IMG/VR virus record: IMGVR_UViG_3300005326_000042
Span: 64,001-128,000 of that record
DNA: 64,000 bases
Strand: one strand, 5' to 3'
Source: a virus
Lineage: Duplodnaviria; Heunggongvirae; Uroviricota; Caudoviricetes
Within the stretch, counting starts at the first letter, position 1; each line of letters begins with the position of its first letter. The notes beneath the pieces are model-generated. The model was not told the origin of the DNA and did no database searches. It saw only the letters and a list, made by a program, of their open reading frames with translations. Positions 47,381-57,472 of this stretch are shown here, piece by piece. The position numbers and the translations under genes were made by a program.

Positions 47381-50300
47381 TTGATGCCTGCCCAAAATTT
47401 CCAGACTTTCTTTTTGTTCGAGGCGCGGGGCCTCCAACAAGTCCAAGCACAATTCCGAGCTACTGCTAACGCTATTCGTAACGAAGCTCGACAGTTGGGT
47501 CAAATTAATTTTGCGGCAGGGGCAAGTCAACAACTCGCGGTTTTACGAAATTTGGATAACACTGTTACCATGCTTGCGGCTCACACAGGGGCGCTTGGAT
47601 CATCCTTTCAGCGAACCAACGCTTCCCTAAACCAAACTGCCACCGCAGCTACCAGAACTGCAACTTCCACGAGGCAAGTGAATACTGAGTTTTTAAAAAT
47701 GGGAACCCTAGCTGGAACCGCAGGGATGGCAATTAGTAGAACTGTTTCTACTTTAAGTACGCTTGGAACCGCTGGGAAAACTGGATTCAGAAGCATAATT
47801 ACTGGAGCCGAAGCCGCAGTTGGAGCCGTAAATATGCTTACTGCCTCCCTCGGAAGAGCTGCTTCTATGGCAGGTCGTATGGCAATGGTTATGTCCGCCC
47901 CTGCTATGGGCATGAAAGGAGCAGCCCTTTGGGCTTCGCCGCTTGCAGCAGGCGCTTTAGCAACTTATGCTCGCCCCGGAGATATAGCAGCTATTGGCGC
48001 AGGATATGGTATTTACAAATATTCCCAGTGGGATAAACTTTCGGATGTTGCCGCAGCAAAACAAGGTTGGCGCACGAACCAATATTATCCTCAATATGGA
48101 ATGACGGGTGCTCAACTCCAAAAATATACGTCAGAAAAGGGAATTGACGAAGCTAAAACCCTATCTCTTCGGCAAGATGTTTACGCTACAACAAGCGAAA
48201 TTTTGAAGATGAGAGCTGAGTACAGCGCAATGGGCGGAGATATAGTATCCACAAATAGCGAAATAATGAAGTCATTTCTTGACTATTCTGCTGCTACAGG
48301 TACTGAAGCAGAAACCGGAATGGCTACGATATATTCCCAAGCGTTAACATTTTTTGGTAAAAAAGGTACTACTGGCGCTGAAGCTCAACAAAATTTCCAA
48401 AAAACAACAGATCTGTTAGTAAATCTCGTTAACCAAACTAGAATGAGTGGAGAAGACGTTGAAACCTCCCTCCGTCAATCTGCTGCTGTTCTAGCAAGTA
48501 TGGGCATGACTCAGGAACAAACTTATGCCTCTGTCGGTACTCTTAGAAATTTAGGAAGAACTCCATCTCAAGCTGGCGGAGATCTCCGAAGGTTGGCGCT
48601 TCGTTTTACTCCAAATTGGACTGAGCTTCAACAAGAAGAGGCTAAAGAACTTGGAGAATGGGTTGATGCAGAAGGAGAACAAAAGAGACTTAGTGCGACT
48701 AATGATATTTTAGATAAGATAGGAATGTCTTGGTCTGATATTAAAGTTGGGGCTAAAGATTCTCAAGGAAATATAAATGGAGTTCTCGAAAACGTTTTAA
48801 AGTTAGAAAAAGCAATGGATCGGGCGGGCTTTACAGATCTTCAGAAAGCTTCGGCTAGAGAACAAATTGGCGGGGTTTATGCCTCCACCGCTTGGGAAAT
48901 GCTTGCTAAAAATCCAGATCTTTATGCCGAGCTTTACGCGGGTCAGTTAAATTCTGTTGGTGAGGCTGCTGAAACCGTTCAGGTTGCGAATGATAATCTT
49001 GGCGGCTCTTTCCAAAATCTAAAAGATGCCGTTGAAGCCTCTGCGGGAAGTTTGGGAGAACACTTAGAACCAGGACTCAGAAGAACCTTTGACTTTATCT
49101 CTGGAAAAGCTATTCCTACCATGAATAAGTTAGGTGGTGCTCTCTCTCAAGGTAATTTCTTCACCGCAGGCTCCCTCTTCTTCGCCTCAATGGGCTCCCT
49201 AAAAGACATAGCTACTGATAAACTAACAAATCTGTTTACAACCTTAACTGATGGTGAAGCATGGGGCGAAATTGGAAACGTCCTCCAGACAGGCATCATA
49301 AAAGGCGTAGATTCTCTAGAGGAATTCAGCCAAGGTTTTAATTCTATAATGTCTGGCGAAGGACTTGGAGCAACTGCTGGTGGAGCCCTTGGCTGGATTC
49401 AAGATACAATAGATGCTATAGATTTTAACCAATTATCCAACATAAAAGACAATATCCTCGAAGGTCTCCAAAATGGAATCAACCGTGGTATAGATTGGAT
49501 GAAGAACCAAGATTGGGGCCAAATATATAATAATTTATATCAATCTATTTTGGGTGGCTTAGAACAGATTGGAAGCTTTATCCAAAACTTAGACTGGGAT
49601 GGAATCTTCCAAACCATGAAGAGTGTTATGGAAGGGATAGACTGGTCTACTCTTGGTCAAAGATTGGGGGAAGATTTAAGTGTTGCAGCAGATTGGATTT
49701 TAGAGAGAGCAAAACAGCTTCCGTGGAGCGAAGTTGTTTCTGCTGCGGGCAACGCATTAAGTAGGATTATAATAAATATTGATTGGCTCCCCATAATTAC
49801 AAAAGCCGCTCAAGTCGGAATAGATATCGGTATTCTTATATACGAAGGCGTAGCTCAATCCGATCTCGGTACAATCTTCTACAACTGGGCCGCAGACCTT
49901 GTTAATGCGTTTGTAGGAGCTGTAAATACCGTTTCTATGATGATAGCAACCATCCCGATGGCTCTGGGATCAATTCCAAGTATATTGTCAAACGCAGCTA
50001 CGGATGCGATGGGTTTAGAAGGGAGCAATAAAGAGATTGTAAACAAAGCAATTGAAGAGTTTATTACTCCTCATGCTCCCCGAAATCCTCTTGCGCTTCC
50101 TCTTCCAAACCAACAGACAGAAACCGAAGGAGAACCAATCACTCTTGGAGGCATGGTTGCAAACGCTCCCGCGCGATGGAATACGGGAAAAGAATCTTTT
50201 AACGAATTGAAGGCAGATTCTCCTTGGGGAAAAATCTTATCTTCTTGGGGAGATTTACTAGAAGAGGGGAAAGAGACATTTCTACAAATAAGAGATGGTG

Positions 50301-53200
50301 AACAAGTAGAATATGAAGGCGGATCGGAGAGCGTTAGTGAGAGTGGTGCTCTATGGCCGAATGTGGGATACGAAAAAATTATTCCAGATTTAACAAAGGC
50401 AACTTGGGATGCCGCTGTCAAAGATTATGTCTCGATGTCTCCCGAACCAGAAGATGTAAGAATGGGATATTTTGATTCTGATTTTTCAGCTTTAAAAGAT
50501 TTTGGAACATTCTTAAGAGAAGATTTGACAGATCGGAAACAATATGTGGAAGGACAGCAACAATGTCTACAATATTCTGAACAGGTTATAAGAGGATACA
50601 AAAAACACGCGCAGCAAACCGAGTCTACGGTTGATGACATTTGGGCAAGTCAAATGAAGCTTGCTTATTTTCCACCAATGGAAGAAGGAGAACTTGGACA
50701 TTTTGGTGTCGCCGTTTCTCCATCTGGAAAGTGGACGGAAGCGAGTACTTATCTTTATGACGTTACAGAGACCGATAAGTACTTGGGCAGACCTGAAGAT
50801 TGGTCTGGTCCAGAAGGGTATGATCCAGGTCTTATAAAAATATTTGATGAATATGAACACAAACAGGGTTCTGCAACAGATGTAATATCATATCCAGAAG
50901 ATGCGTTTTTGTTTAAAGAAAACCCAGATCTCTTTCCAATAACTGCTGAGTTAGCCCCAGCGACTTTGGTTAGAGGTGGAGGCCCAATCGGAGACATTGC
51001 TCGTAGAGCGGGTGGATCTACAGGTGGTTATGATGTCAGCGAGATCGAAAGAAGTTCAACACCTGAAGGATCGGATTCTGTTTTTGGGAAAGCTGTTAAT
51101 TCTTTTGTTGAGAACAGTAAAGATTCGTCCAAAGACAACAAAGAATCGTCTAAAAATATTAAAGATGCGTCCAAAAACTTTGTAGATTCTTCCTCTGATA
51201 TTAGAGAATTTGTAAAAACTTCTGAACAAGGTACTACGGTTCGCCTTACTGGTCCAAATGGGGAAGACCTTACATCTTCTTTAGGATTATCACAAGTTGA
51301 AGGCGTTTATAACGAATTAACCCGTAAAGGAAAAGTAGTTTCTGGTATTAGATCGGATTCTGAGTTGGGGAATTCCATCGGTTCTAATACAAAAGCCGTA
51401 AATGGTTTAGAAAAAACTATCCAGAACCAAACCTCAGTCACTCAAGAACAAAACGAAATTATAGGATCTCCAGATTACCCATATTCCTACTCTCACCTTC
51501 CAGAAGAGTTAAGAAGTCTTGTTTCTGATCAGGATTATTCTGGTATATCAGAGCTTATGTCAGATCATCCTTATTACGTAAGCAAACCCCCAGAATTTTG
51601 GGCAGGTGTTGATGAATACGATAAAAATACAATAAATGATCTGGCTCAAATTTTGTATGCTGGAACGCGACTCACCGGAATGGAAAAGAAAGAATTAAGA
51701 TCGATAGATTCCAGACCCGGAATAAACGACCCTCTTATTGCAGAATATGCTAAAGGCGCAGATATAAATAAAAAATATTTGGAAGGCTTGGATCAAATTT
51801 ATTGGAACATATATGATGCCGGGCAGTCTCAAACTCTAACTCAAAAAGAGGCCAATGGATACTTAGAAGAAATAGGTGGTATCCTTAACGGAATAGACTG
51901 GACTATGGAGCAGGATATAAACGAAAGATCCAAAATCTTAATGCAAAACGAAGAGGGAAGGTTTAAGGAATTAATTCCTTATCTAAAAGCTCTTGAAAAT
52001 ATTGCGACTAATACAGATCCCAACAACCCCAATAATCCTCTAAACCAAGCTAATGGCGGTCCAGCTTCAGACGCCGCTCAACAAGCAATACTTGAATCTC
52101 AACAAAAAGCGCAAGATTTCGTAGAGTCCCAATTATATTCAACAATATGTGATATTGAAGGTTTCTTTACACCAGAAAAAAGTCTTCCGATGGGAACACT
52201 GAGTCATCCTCTTCTGAATGCCGCTGGTGCAGGATCACTAATTAATGTAAACGGAAACTGGTACACTCGCGAAGAATATAAAGAAATGACAGGAACTACT
52301 CCTGGATTAACAGATATAGCCATGAGAATGAAAGGTGGCCCGTTTGATACTCCAGGAATTGCGAGAATAGGAAGCTTTACGGGACATACCGATTCAACGG
52401 TTCAAGAGGATATTACTGAGGGTTTTAAAGAGGGCGGGGTTTTTGATGATGAATCGTTGGGAGACCTCGCAAGATATTGGGCGGGAGAAGTTGAGAACAT
52501 AAGATCGGGCAAATCTCCTCGTTTTACATATCCACATGCTGCCAAAGAAAATGTAGAAGATTTGAGTTTCCTTGGCCCAGAAGGAGAAGCGTTAGAAAGA
52601 GAAGTTCTTGCGATTGTAAAGTTTGAAGCTGACACTTCTGTAATAGATGACGTTAAATCAAGTTTATCCGAAGGTGCAGAATTCAACGTCAACGTCCAAG
52701 CCCCGAACGCAGACGCAGTTGCAGGATTGTTAGGTTCTCTCGGTGGTGGGGCCTCTTATACCGTTGTTGTGGACGTAATAATGTCGGGCGGGATGGGAAT
52801 GAGTGAAGGGTATTTCGGAGATATAAATTTTGCTTCGGGGTCCGGCCTAACCGCTAATGTTGGTGGAAACTTCTTCGATTATGGCGGTATTCAGAGTGTT
52901 GGAGGACTTGGATTTTTTGGTGGATTTGGAAACGCTCCGCAATTTGCAGAAGGCGGATATACCGGAGATTATGAAGGCCAAGCCTATGTTCACCCCCATG
53001 AATATATTTTCAATCAAGATCAAATGGGTGTAGTAAGAGAAATGGTTGGCGCGGCAAGTGGTTCGGGCGGGAACACCTACAACGTTTATGTAAGTGTTGA
53101 CAATTCCGGTTCTCTAAACACCCAAAACTCAGTAGACGCCTTTTCCACAAAAATAGCTCGCGCCGTGAAAGCCGAACTTCAAGACGAGATGATGAACTAA
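47381..53200 (+). CDS. Tape measure protein
   Basis: 1939 aa, Ala/Gly-rich helical; tape-measure core; W-containing 11/22-aa repeats; C-terminal FAEGG...VHPHE motif. Confidence 0.9.
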   Translation: MMPAQNFQTFFLFEARGLQQVQAQFRATANAIRNEARQLGQINFAAGASQQLAVLRNLDNTVTMLAAHTGALGSSFQRTNASLNQTATAATRTATSTRQVNTEFLKMGTLAGTAGMAISRTVSTLSTLGTAGKTGFRSIITGAEAAVGAVNMLTASLGRAASMAGRMAMVMSAPAMGMKGAALWASPLAAGALATYARPGDIAAIGAGYGIYKYSQWDKLSDVAAAKQGWRTNQYYPQYGMTGAQLQKYTSEKGIDEAKTLSLRQDVYATTSEILKMRAEYSAMGGDIVSTNSEIMKSFLDYSAATGTEAETGMATIYSQALTFFGKKGTTGAEAQQNFQKTTDLLVNLVNQTRMSGEDVETSLRQSAAVLASMGMTQEQTYASVGTLRNLGRTPSQAGGDLRRLALRFTPNWTELQQEEAKELGEWVDAEGEQKRLSATNDILDKIGMSWSDIKVGAKDSQGNINGVLENVLKLEKAMDRAGFTDLQKASAREQIGGVYASTAWEMLAKNPDLYAELYAGQLNSVGEAAETVQVANDNLGGSFQNLKDAVEASAGSLGEHLEPGLRRTFDFISGKAIPTMNKLGGALSQGNFFTAGSLFFASMGSLKDIATDKLTNLFTTLTDGEAWGEIGNVLQTGIIKGVDSLEEFSQGFNSIMSGEGLGATAGGALGWIQDTIDAIDFNQLSNIKDNILEGLQNGINRGIDWMKNQDWGQIYNNLYQSILGGLEQIGSFIQNLDWDGIFQTMKSVMEGIDWSTLGQRLGEDLSVAADWILERAKQLPWSEVVSAAGNALSRIIINIDWLPIITKAAQVGIDIGILIYEGVAQSDLGTIFYNWAADLVNAFVGAVNTVSMMIATIPMALGSIPSILSNAATDAMGLEGSNKEIVNKAIEEFITPHAPRNPLALPLPNQQTETEGEPITLGGMVANAPARWNTGKESFNELKADSPWGKILSSWGDLLEEGKETFLQIRDGEQVEYEGGSESVSESGALWPNVGYEKIIPDLTKATWDAAVKDYVSMSPEPEDVRMGYFDSDFSALKDFGTFLREDLTDRKQYVEGQQQCLQYSEQVIRGYKKHAQQTESTVDDIWASQMKLAYFPPMEEGELGHFGVAVSPSGKWTEASTYLYDVTETDKYLGRPEDWSGPEGYDPGLIKIFDEYEHKQGSATDVISYPEDAFLFKENPDLFPITAELAPATLVRGGGPIGDIARRAGGSTGGYDVSEIERSSTPEGSDSVFGKAVNSFVENSKDSSKDNKESSKNIKDASKNFVDSSSDIREFVKTSEQGTTVRLTGPNGEDLTSSLGLSQVEGVYNELTRKGKVVSGIRSDSELGNSIGSNTKAVNGLEKTIQNQTSVTQEQNEIIGSPDYPYSYSHLPEELRSLVSDQDYSGISELMSDHPYYVSKPPEFWAGVDEYDKNTINDLAQILYAGTRLTGMEKKELRSIDSRPGINDPLIAEYAKGADINKKYLEGLDQIYWNIYDAGQSQTLTQKEANGYLEEIGGILNGIDWTMEQDINERSKILMQNEEGRFKELIPYLKALENIATNTDPNNPNNPLNQANGGPASDAAQQAILESQQKAQDFVESQLYSTICDIEGFFTPEKSLPMGTLSHPLLNAAGAGSLINVNGNWYTREEYKEMTGTTPGLTDIAMRMKGGPFDTPGIARIGSFTGHTDSTVQEDITEGFKEGGVFDDESLGDLARYWAGEVENIRSGKSPRFTYPHAAKENVEDLSFLGPEGEALEREVLAIVKFEADTSVIDDVKSSLSEGAEFNVNVQAPNADAVAGLLGSLGGGASYTVVVDVIMSGGMGMSEGYFGDINFASGSGLTANVGGNFFDYGGIQSVGGLGFFGGFGNAPQFAEGGYTGDYEGQAYVHPHEYIFNQDQMGVVREMVGAASGSGGNTYNVYVSVDNSGSLNTQNSVDAFSTKIARAVKAELQDEMMN

Positions 53201-55872
53201 TGGCTTTTGATACTCAGAGTTTTGATATTTCTTATTTTGATAAAAATACCACTAATGTTGATAATCAAGTTAAACTTTTGTGGGACCAAGCGGGCTCTGT
53301 AGATAATTTAGTAAAACTTCTTTGGGACCAAAAAGCTTATTCTGATGGATACGTTAAGCTTTTGTGGGATAATAAAGTTTATGTTGATAATTATGTAAAA
53401 CTTCTTTGGGACAATAGGATATCTGTTGATCAATCAGTTAAACTTTTGTGGGATCAAACTGGGTCCGTAAGTAACGCCGTTAAGCTTCTCTGGGACCAAA
53501 TAGGTGTTGTGGACTCCTCCGTTCAACTTGTCTGGCGCGAAGCTCCTTCCATAACTCTATTTTCTGATTCAAGAGGCTATTTGGAAGTTGTAACTCCGCA
53601 AGGTTCTTATTTATATCCAAGAATTCGAACAGGAAAAATTAGTATTCAACAAACAACCGATACTGCTACGTTTGATACCCTCGATTTCAAAGATTATATT
53701 CCCGAAGATTCTCTCGTGAGATTCTACTTAAACAATAGCGTAAAACTATTCGAAGGGAGAGTTAGAAAAACAACTTTGCTTCCTGAAGGATTTTACCGTG
53801 TAAGTGTTTCTGAATATTCTGAAATCCTTAAACCAGAACCTCCAAAAGGCGGATTATATCTTGTAAAAAATACATGGCACAATGTCCAACTTCAGTATTT
53901 GTTGTCCAGCAATAAACCTTCTGATAACAACAATACTCTTGGTCTTCTCTATATGGCAAGCTCCAACTTGATAGGATTTGTCGAGCACGATCAGACGCAT
54001 TATATTTACAAGTTGGAGTATGAAGGAATCGTTTATTCTATATCGGAAGTCTGGGAAGACGAGTCCCTTTTAACAAAAAGAGCAAGTCTAGCAGATCTGA
54101 ACTCTGCCTCTGGTTGGTATCACGATGATACGAATAAAATCCTATATGTTAGATGTACAGATAATGTTCACCCCTATTTCCACGTAATTACTGCTCCAAA
54201 CATTTGGGATTCTGCTGTCCCGATGAGAATCGGGAATATTCAAAATCAAGCTACAACCGTTATTACTTATTGGGATACTGGATACGGGGAATCTCCTTAC
54301 GATAATATTAAACTTCTCTTGGATGCTCTAAGTCTTGAAAAAGAGCATGTGATGCGAAGCGGCATTTGTTATATGGATATTGCCACAAAAGTTGGCGCAG
54401 GGACAAGTTCTTCTCCAGCTTCTTTCTATCTTGAGGGTAATAATTTAAAAGAACTCGAAGAATTTGTCATGTCTGACGCCAGAACCTCAGCAAATGCAGT
54501 CCATATAGGAGGATATGGTCAAGGTGCTGCGCAGGTAGTAGGTTTCAGACACATAAATATGGGTCGTGGTGGACGATTCCTATTCATCGACGATGCAACT
54601 CTTCACTCAGACGCAATGGCCGAGGACTACGCACAAAGTTATCTTGATAAAGCCTATCTTCCAGCCAGAAGCATCACCGCTTCTGTAGACCTGAAACGAG
54701 GTTCTGCAATTGAACAGAGAAGAAAAGGAGATTATGTCCATTTCTCAATACCAACTCTCAAAGTAGAACAGGATCTCAGGATTCAGGAATTGTCAATTGA
54801 TTTATCTAAATATCAGATGTCAATTACTGCGGGAGATTATCTTGTTTCTCTTGAGGAACAATTAAAGGCAATGAAAACCGCCGCAGAAAAATATCTGAGA
54901 CATCTATCAACTGAGATTGAGGAGTTTAACTGGCCCTGGTCTGACAACCTCGTATCTAATGCCGCTAAGAGCGAAAAATTCTCGATTACCGCAGACGCAA
55001 TGAAAATGCAGACTATAGAACTTTCATGTTCTACACAGCTTTATAGAGATGAGGCGGCAAAAGGATCAGGATCAGGAAGCCCTGGGGGTGGAGGTGGGAG
55101 TTCTCCAGATGGCGGAAGCTCAAGCGAACCTTCAGGCGGGCATACTCACAATTTAGTTTCCGGCGACACTGGTGCTCCGAGTGCAATAGTAAGTGTTGCC
55201 ACAGAAGGACACACTCATGTTGTAGGCAGTGGAACTACTGGGTCTTCAACCACTGGAATTAGTATTCAGCAAGGGACACATCCTTCAGCTTGTTGTACGG
55301 GAGTGAATTGTGGCAAAGAGTTTTTAACTGGAGTAAACATATCTATCGGTCCAGACCCAGGACACGACCATACTGTTACTGGTCTAACAGGTGAACCGAG
55401 CGCAACAGTAGCCGTTGGTTCCGACTCCCATATTCATACTCTTGTAAACCTTGCAACCACTACAGAGTTGGCCCATTCTCACGGTATGCCTACGGCCAAT
55501 CCATATTTTGATAACAGTGGATCTGAACTTGAAATAGATCCAGTAACCAAAGATGTTAATCCCGGATGGAGATCCGGACTTTATGATATGGTTAGCTCCG
55601 TACCTTATACGTTTAAAAAGCCTCCCGGTTCCGATCCAGAAATGTATCTTACTATTAAGATAAATGGAACTGAAATAGATGGAAGTCCGTTTGTAATAAA
55701 TGTGGAAGATTCAATTGGACCAGTGTTGGTAGATGACATCGTAACTGGAGCTGGAGAATACGAAGTTACAGTTTCTCTTGCAAACAAAACAACTCCCGCC
55801 GATCAATGTCAGATTCATTTCTCTGTACAGGTTAGAGGGAAGATATTTGTGGATACGATTGTGGGAAGTTGA
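53200..55872 (+). CDS. Tail tip/baseplate-hub protein with N-terminal 14-aa repeats and an HxH needle
   Basis: Follows TMP; 7x VDNxVKLLWD; Tal-like middle region; five HxH motifs. Confidence 0.7.
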   Translation: MAFDTQSFDISYFDKNTTNVDNQVKLLWDQAGSVDNLVKLLWDQKAYSDGYVKLLWDNKVYVDNYVKLLWDNRISVDQSVKLLWDQTGSVSNAVKLLWDQIGVVDSSVQLVWREAPSITLFSDSRGYLEVVTPQGSYLYPRIRTGKISIQQTTDTATFDTLDFKDYIPEDSLVRFYLNNSVKLFEGRVRKTTLLPEGFYRVSVSEYSEILKPEPPKGGLYLVKNTWHNVQLQYLLSSNKPSDNNNTLGLLYMASSNLIGFVEHDQTHYIYKLEYEGIVYSISEVWEDESLLTKRASLADLNSASGWYHDDTNKILYVRCTDNVHPYFHVITAPNIWDSAVPMRIGNIQNQATTVITYWDTGYGESPYDNIKLLLDALSLEKEHVMRSGICYMDIATKVGAGTSSSPASFYLEGNNLKELEEFVMSDARTSANAVHIGGYGQGAAQVVGFRHINMGRGGRFLFIDDATLHSDAMAEDYAQSYLDKAYLPARSITASVDLKRGSAIEQRRKGDYVHFSIPTLKVEQDLRIQELSIDLSKYQMSITAGDYLVSLEEQLKAMKTAAEKYLRHLSTEIEEFNWPWSDNLVSNAAKSEKFSITADAMKMQTIELSCSTQLYRDEAAKGSGSGSPGGGGGSSPDGGSSSEPSGGHTHNLVSGDTGAPSAIVSVATEGHTHVVGSGTTGSSTTGISIQQGTHPSACCTGVNCGKEFLTGVNISIGPDPGHDHTVTGLTGEPSATVAVGSDSHIHTLVNLATTTELAHSHGMPTANPYFDNSGSELEIDPVTKDVNPGWRSGLYDMVSSVPYTFKKPPGSDPEMYLTIKINGTEIDGSPFVINVEDSIGPVLVDDIVTGAGEYEVTVSLANKTTPADQCQIHFSVQVRGKIFVDTIVGS
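53251..53545 (+). repeat. Seven 42-bp coding tandem repeats
   Basis: GT.AA.CTT.T.TGGGA units encoding VKLLWD. Confidence 0.85.
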
Positions 55873-55916
55873 TAGAAAGGTTTAAATAGATATAATTATA
55901 TTTATATCTGATTATT

Positions 55917-56264
55917 ATGAGTGAAGAAAAGAAATTTAAGGCTTACCAATTTGACGATGGAACCCAAGTAAACGGTTGGTGCTATGAAAAGTTCATCGAT
56001 CTCGTAATGAACAACGAAGCAACCTATGACATCCTCGATGTTTATTCAAGACTCCAGAGAATCGAAGTTGTCAAAGATGAAAATGGTTTCGTTGTAGACG
56101 TAATACAAATCTTTCCCAAGATCGATGAAACCGTTGTCAAATTTGCAAACAAAAATTTCATAGAATTTCATAAACTGGCTCAAGAAACTAAAATGACCGA
56201 GGACGAAAAGTTAGAATCCAGACGGTATAAATTACAGAAATGGTGGAGTGCGGTTTCTGAATGA
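55917..56264 (+). CDS. Hypothetical protein (possible fibre chaperone)
   Basis: Own TATA promoter at ~55876. Confidence 0.6.
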   Translation: MSEEKKFKAYQFDDGTQVNGWCYEKFIDLVMNNEATYDILDVYSRLQRIEVVKDENGFVVDVIQIFPKIDETVVKFANKNFIEFHKLAQETKMTEDEKLESRRYKLQKWWSAVSE

Positions 56265-57388
56265 CGGCTAACGATTGGTATTTAAATTCCCTTCAACTTG
56301 ATCCTTCAAGTGACATCTATATTACAGAAGCCATAGGATTTAAATCCTCATCCAAATCTGATTCAACTACTTCTTGGTCTGGAACAGATATATCCATCCG
56401 AAATATCCAACCACAACCAATAAAAGTTAGTCTCAAGGGGTTTGCAACTACTCGTACTGGATGGTCAAATTTAATGCAGTACGATTCATCAAATTATAAT
56501 TGGAATACTGATGTAGATAATGTTTACTTAATAGAAGATCTATCTAGAAGATGGAAAGTTCGAAAAATGAGTGTGTCGCCAACTTTTGATAGAAATGTTC
56601 TTCCTTTTGATATAGACCTTGAACTTGATAAAATTTCTCCAGAAGGCTATGTAGAAAATCAAGCTACAGGGACAGTTACAACTTCTCCTACAAATATAAC
56701 ATCTCTTGTAAACGCAGGCGATAAAGATACAAATTTCAAATCTATTGCAATTACAGGAGCTTATGCTTCAGGGGCTAATCTTGCTTATCCAATTTTAACT
56801 CAGGCTTCAGTAGGATATGACCTTTTAGTTGCAAATGTTCTTTTAGATACCGCTACTTTTACTTTCTATGATGATCTTACGGCAAAGCACTATTATTTGG
56901 ATACTTTAACGAGTGGTACAAAGAATACAAGAAACTGTAATTCTTCTACAAACGTGACTTTCAGTACAGATAGATTACAAATTGCAGCTTCTGGAGAACT
57001 GAAGTATAAACTTGATCTCGCCCATCCTCTAATGCAAGATCCAATTTTAACTTTAAGTATAGAAAATTTGGTTTCTGATCCTATATTACAGGTTTCACCA
57101 GATGACACTAATTGGTGGGACGTAGAAAAAACTCTTGTAGGTGGGAATCAGATTGATTACAATTTAACAAAATTGGCTGGATATTCTACTTTCTATTGGA
57201 GAATAGTAACTGATTCTGGAGATTCTTTGGATATTACAAGAATCGAATTAGAATCCTGGCATAACTACTCTGGTCAGGGGAATATTCCTTATCTGAGGAA
57301 AAATAGTGTTTCTGAAACACTTGCAGCTACAATGTCTGCTGGAAACTTGACTTATGATATTAGATATAGGAACAAATACAACATATGA
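56261..57388 (+). CDS. Distal-tail (Dit)-like protein with an inserted beta-sandwich
   Basis: Size, composition and tail-module position. Confidence 0.55.
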   Translation: MTANDWYLNSLQLDPSSDIYITEAIGFKSSSKSDSTTSWSGTDISIRNIQPQPIKVSLKGFATTRTGWSNLMQYDSSNYNWNTDVDNVYLIEDLSRRWKVRKMSVSPTFDRNVLPFDIDLELDKISPEGYVENQATGTVTTSPTNITSLVNAGDKDTNFKSIAITGAYASGANLAYPILTQASVGYDLLVANVLLDTATFTFYDDLTAKHYYLDTLTSGTKNTRNCNSSTNVTFSTDRLQIAASGELKYKLDLAHPLMQDPILTLSIENLVSDPILQVSPDDTNWWDVEKTLVGGNQIDYNLTKLAGYSTFYWRIVTDSGDSLDITRIELESWHNYSGQGNIPYLRKNSVSETLAATMSAGNLTYDIRYRNKYNI

Positions 57389-57472
57389 ATAGAAAACTTT
57401 TTATATTTAAAGAGATATTATTTAAATATTATTTATTACTGAGAACTTTAATGTAGTGAAAGGTGGTTCAAA

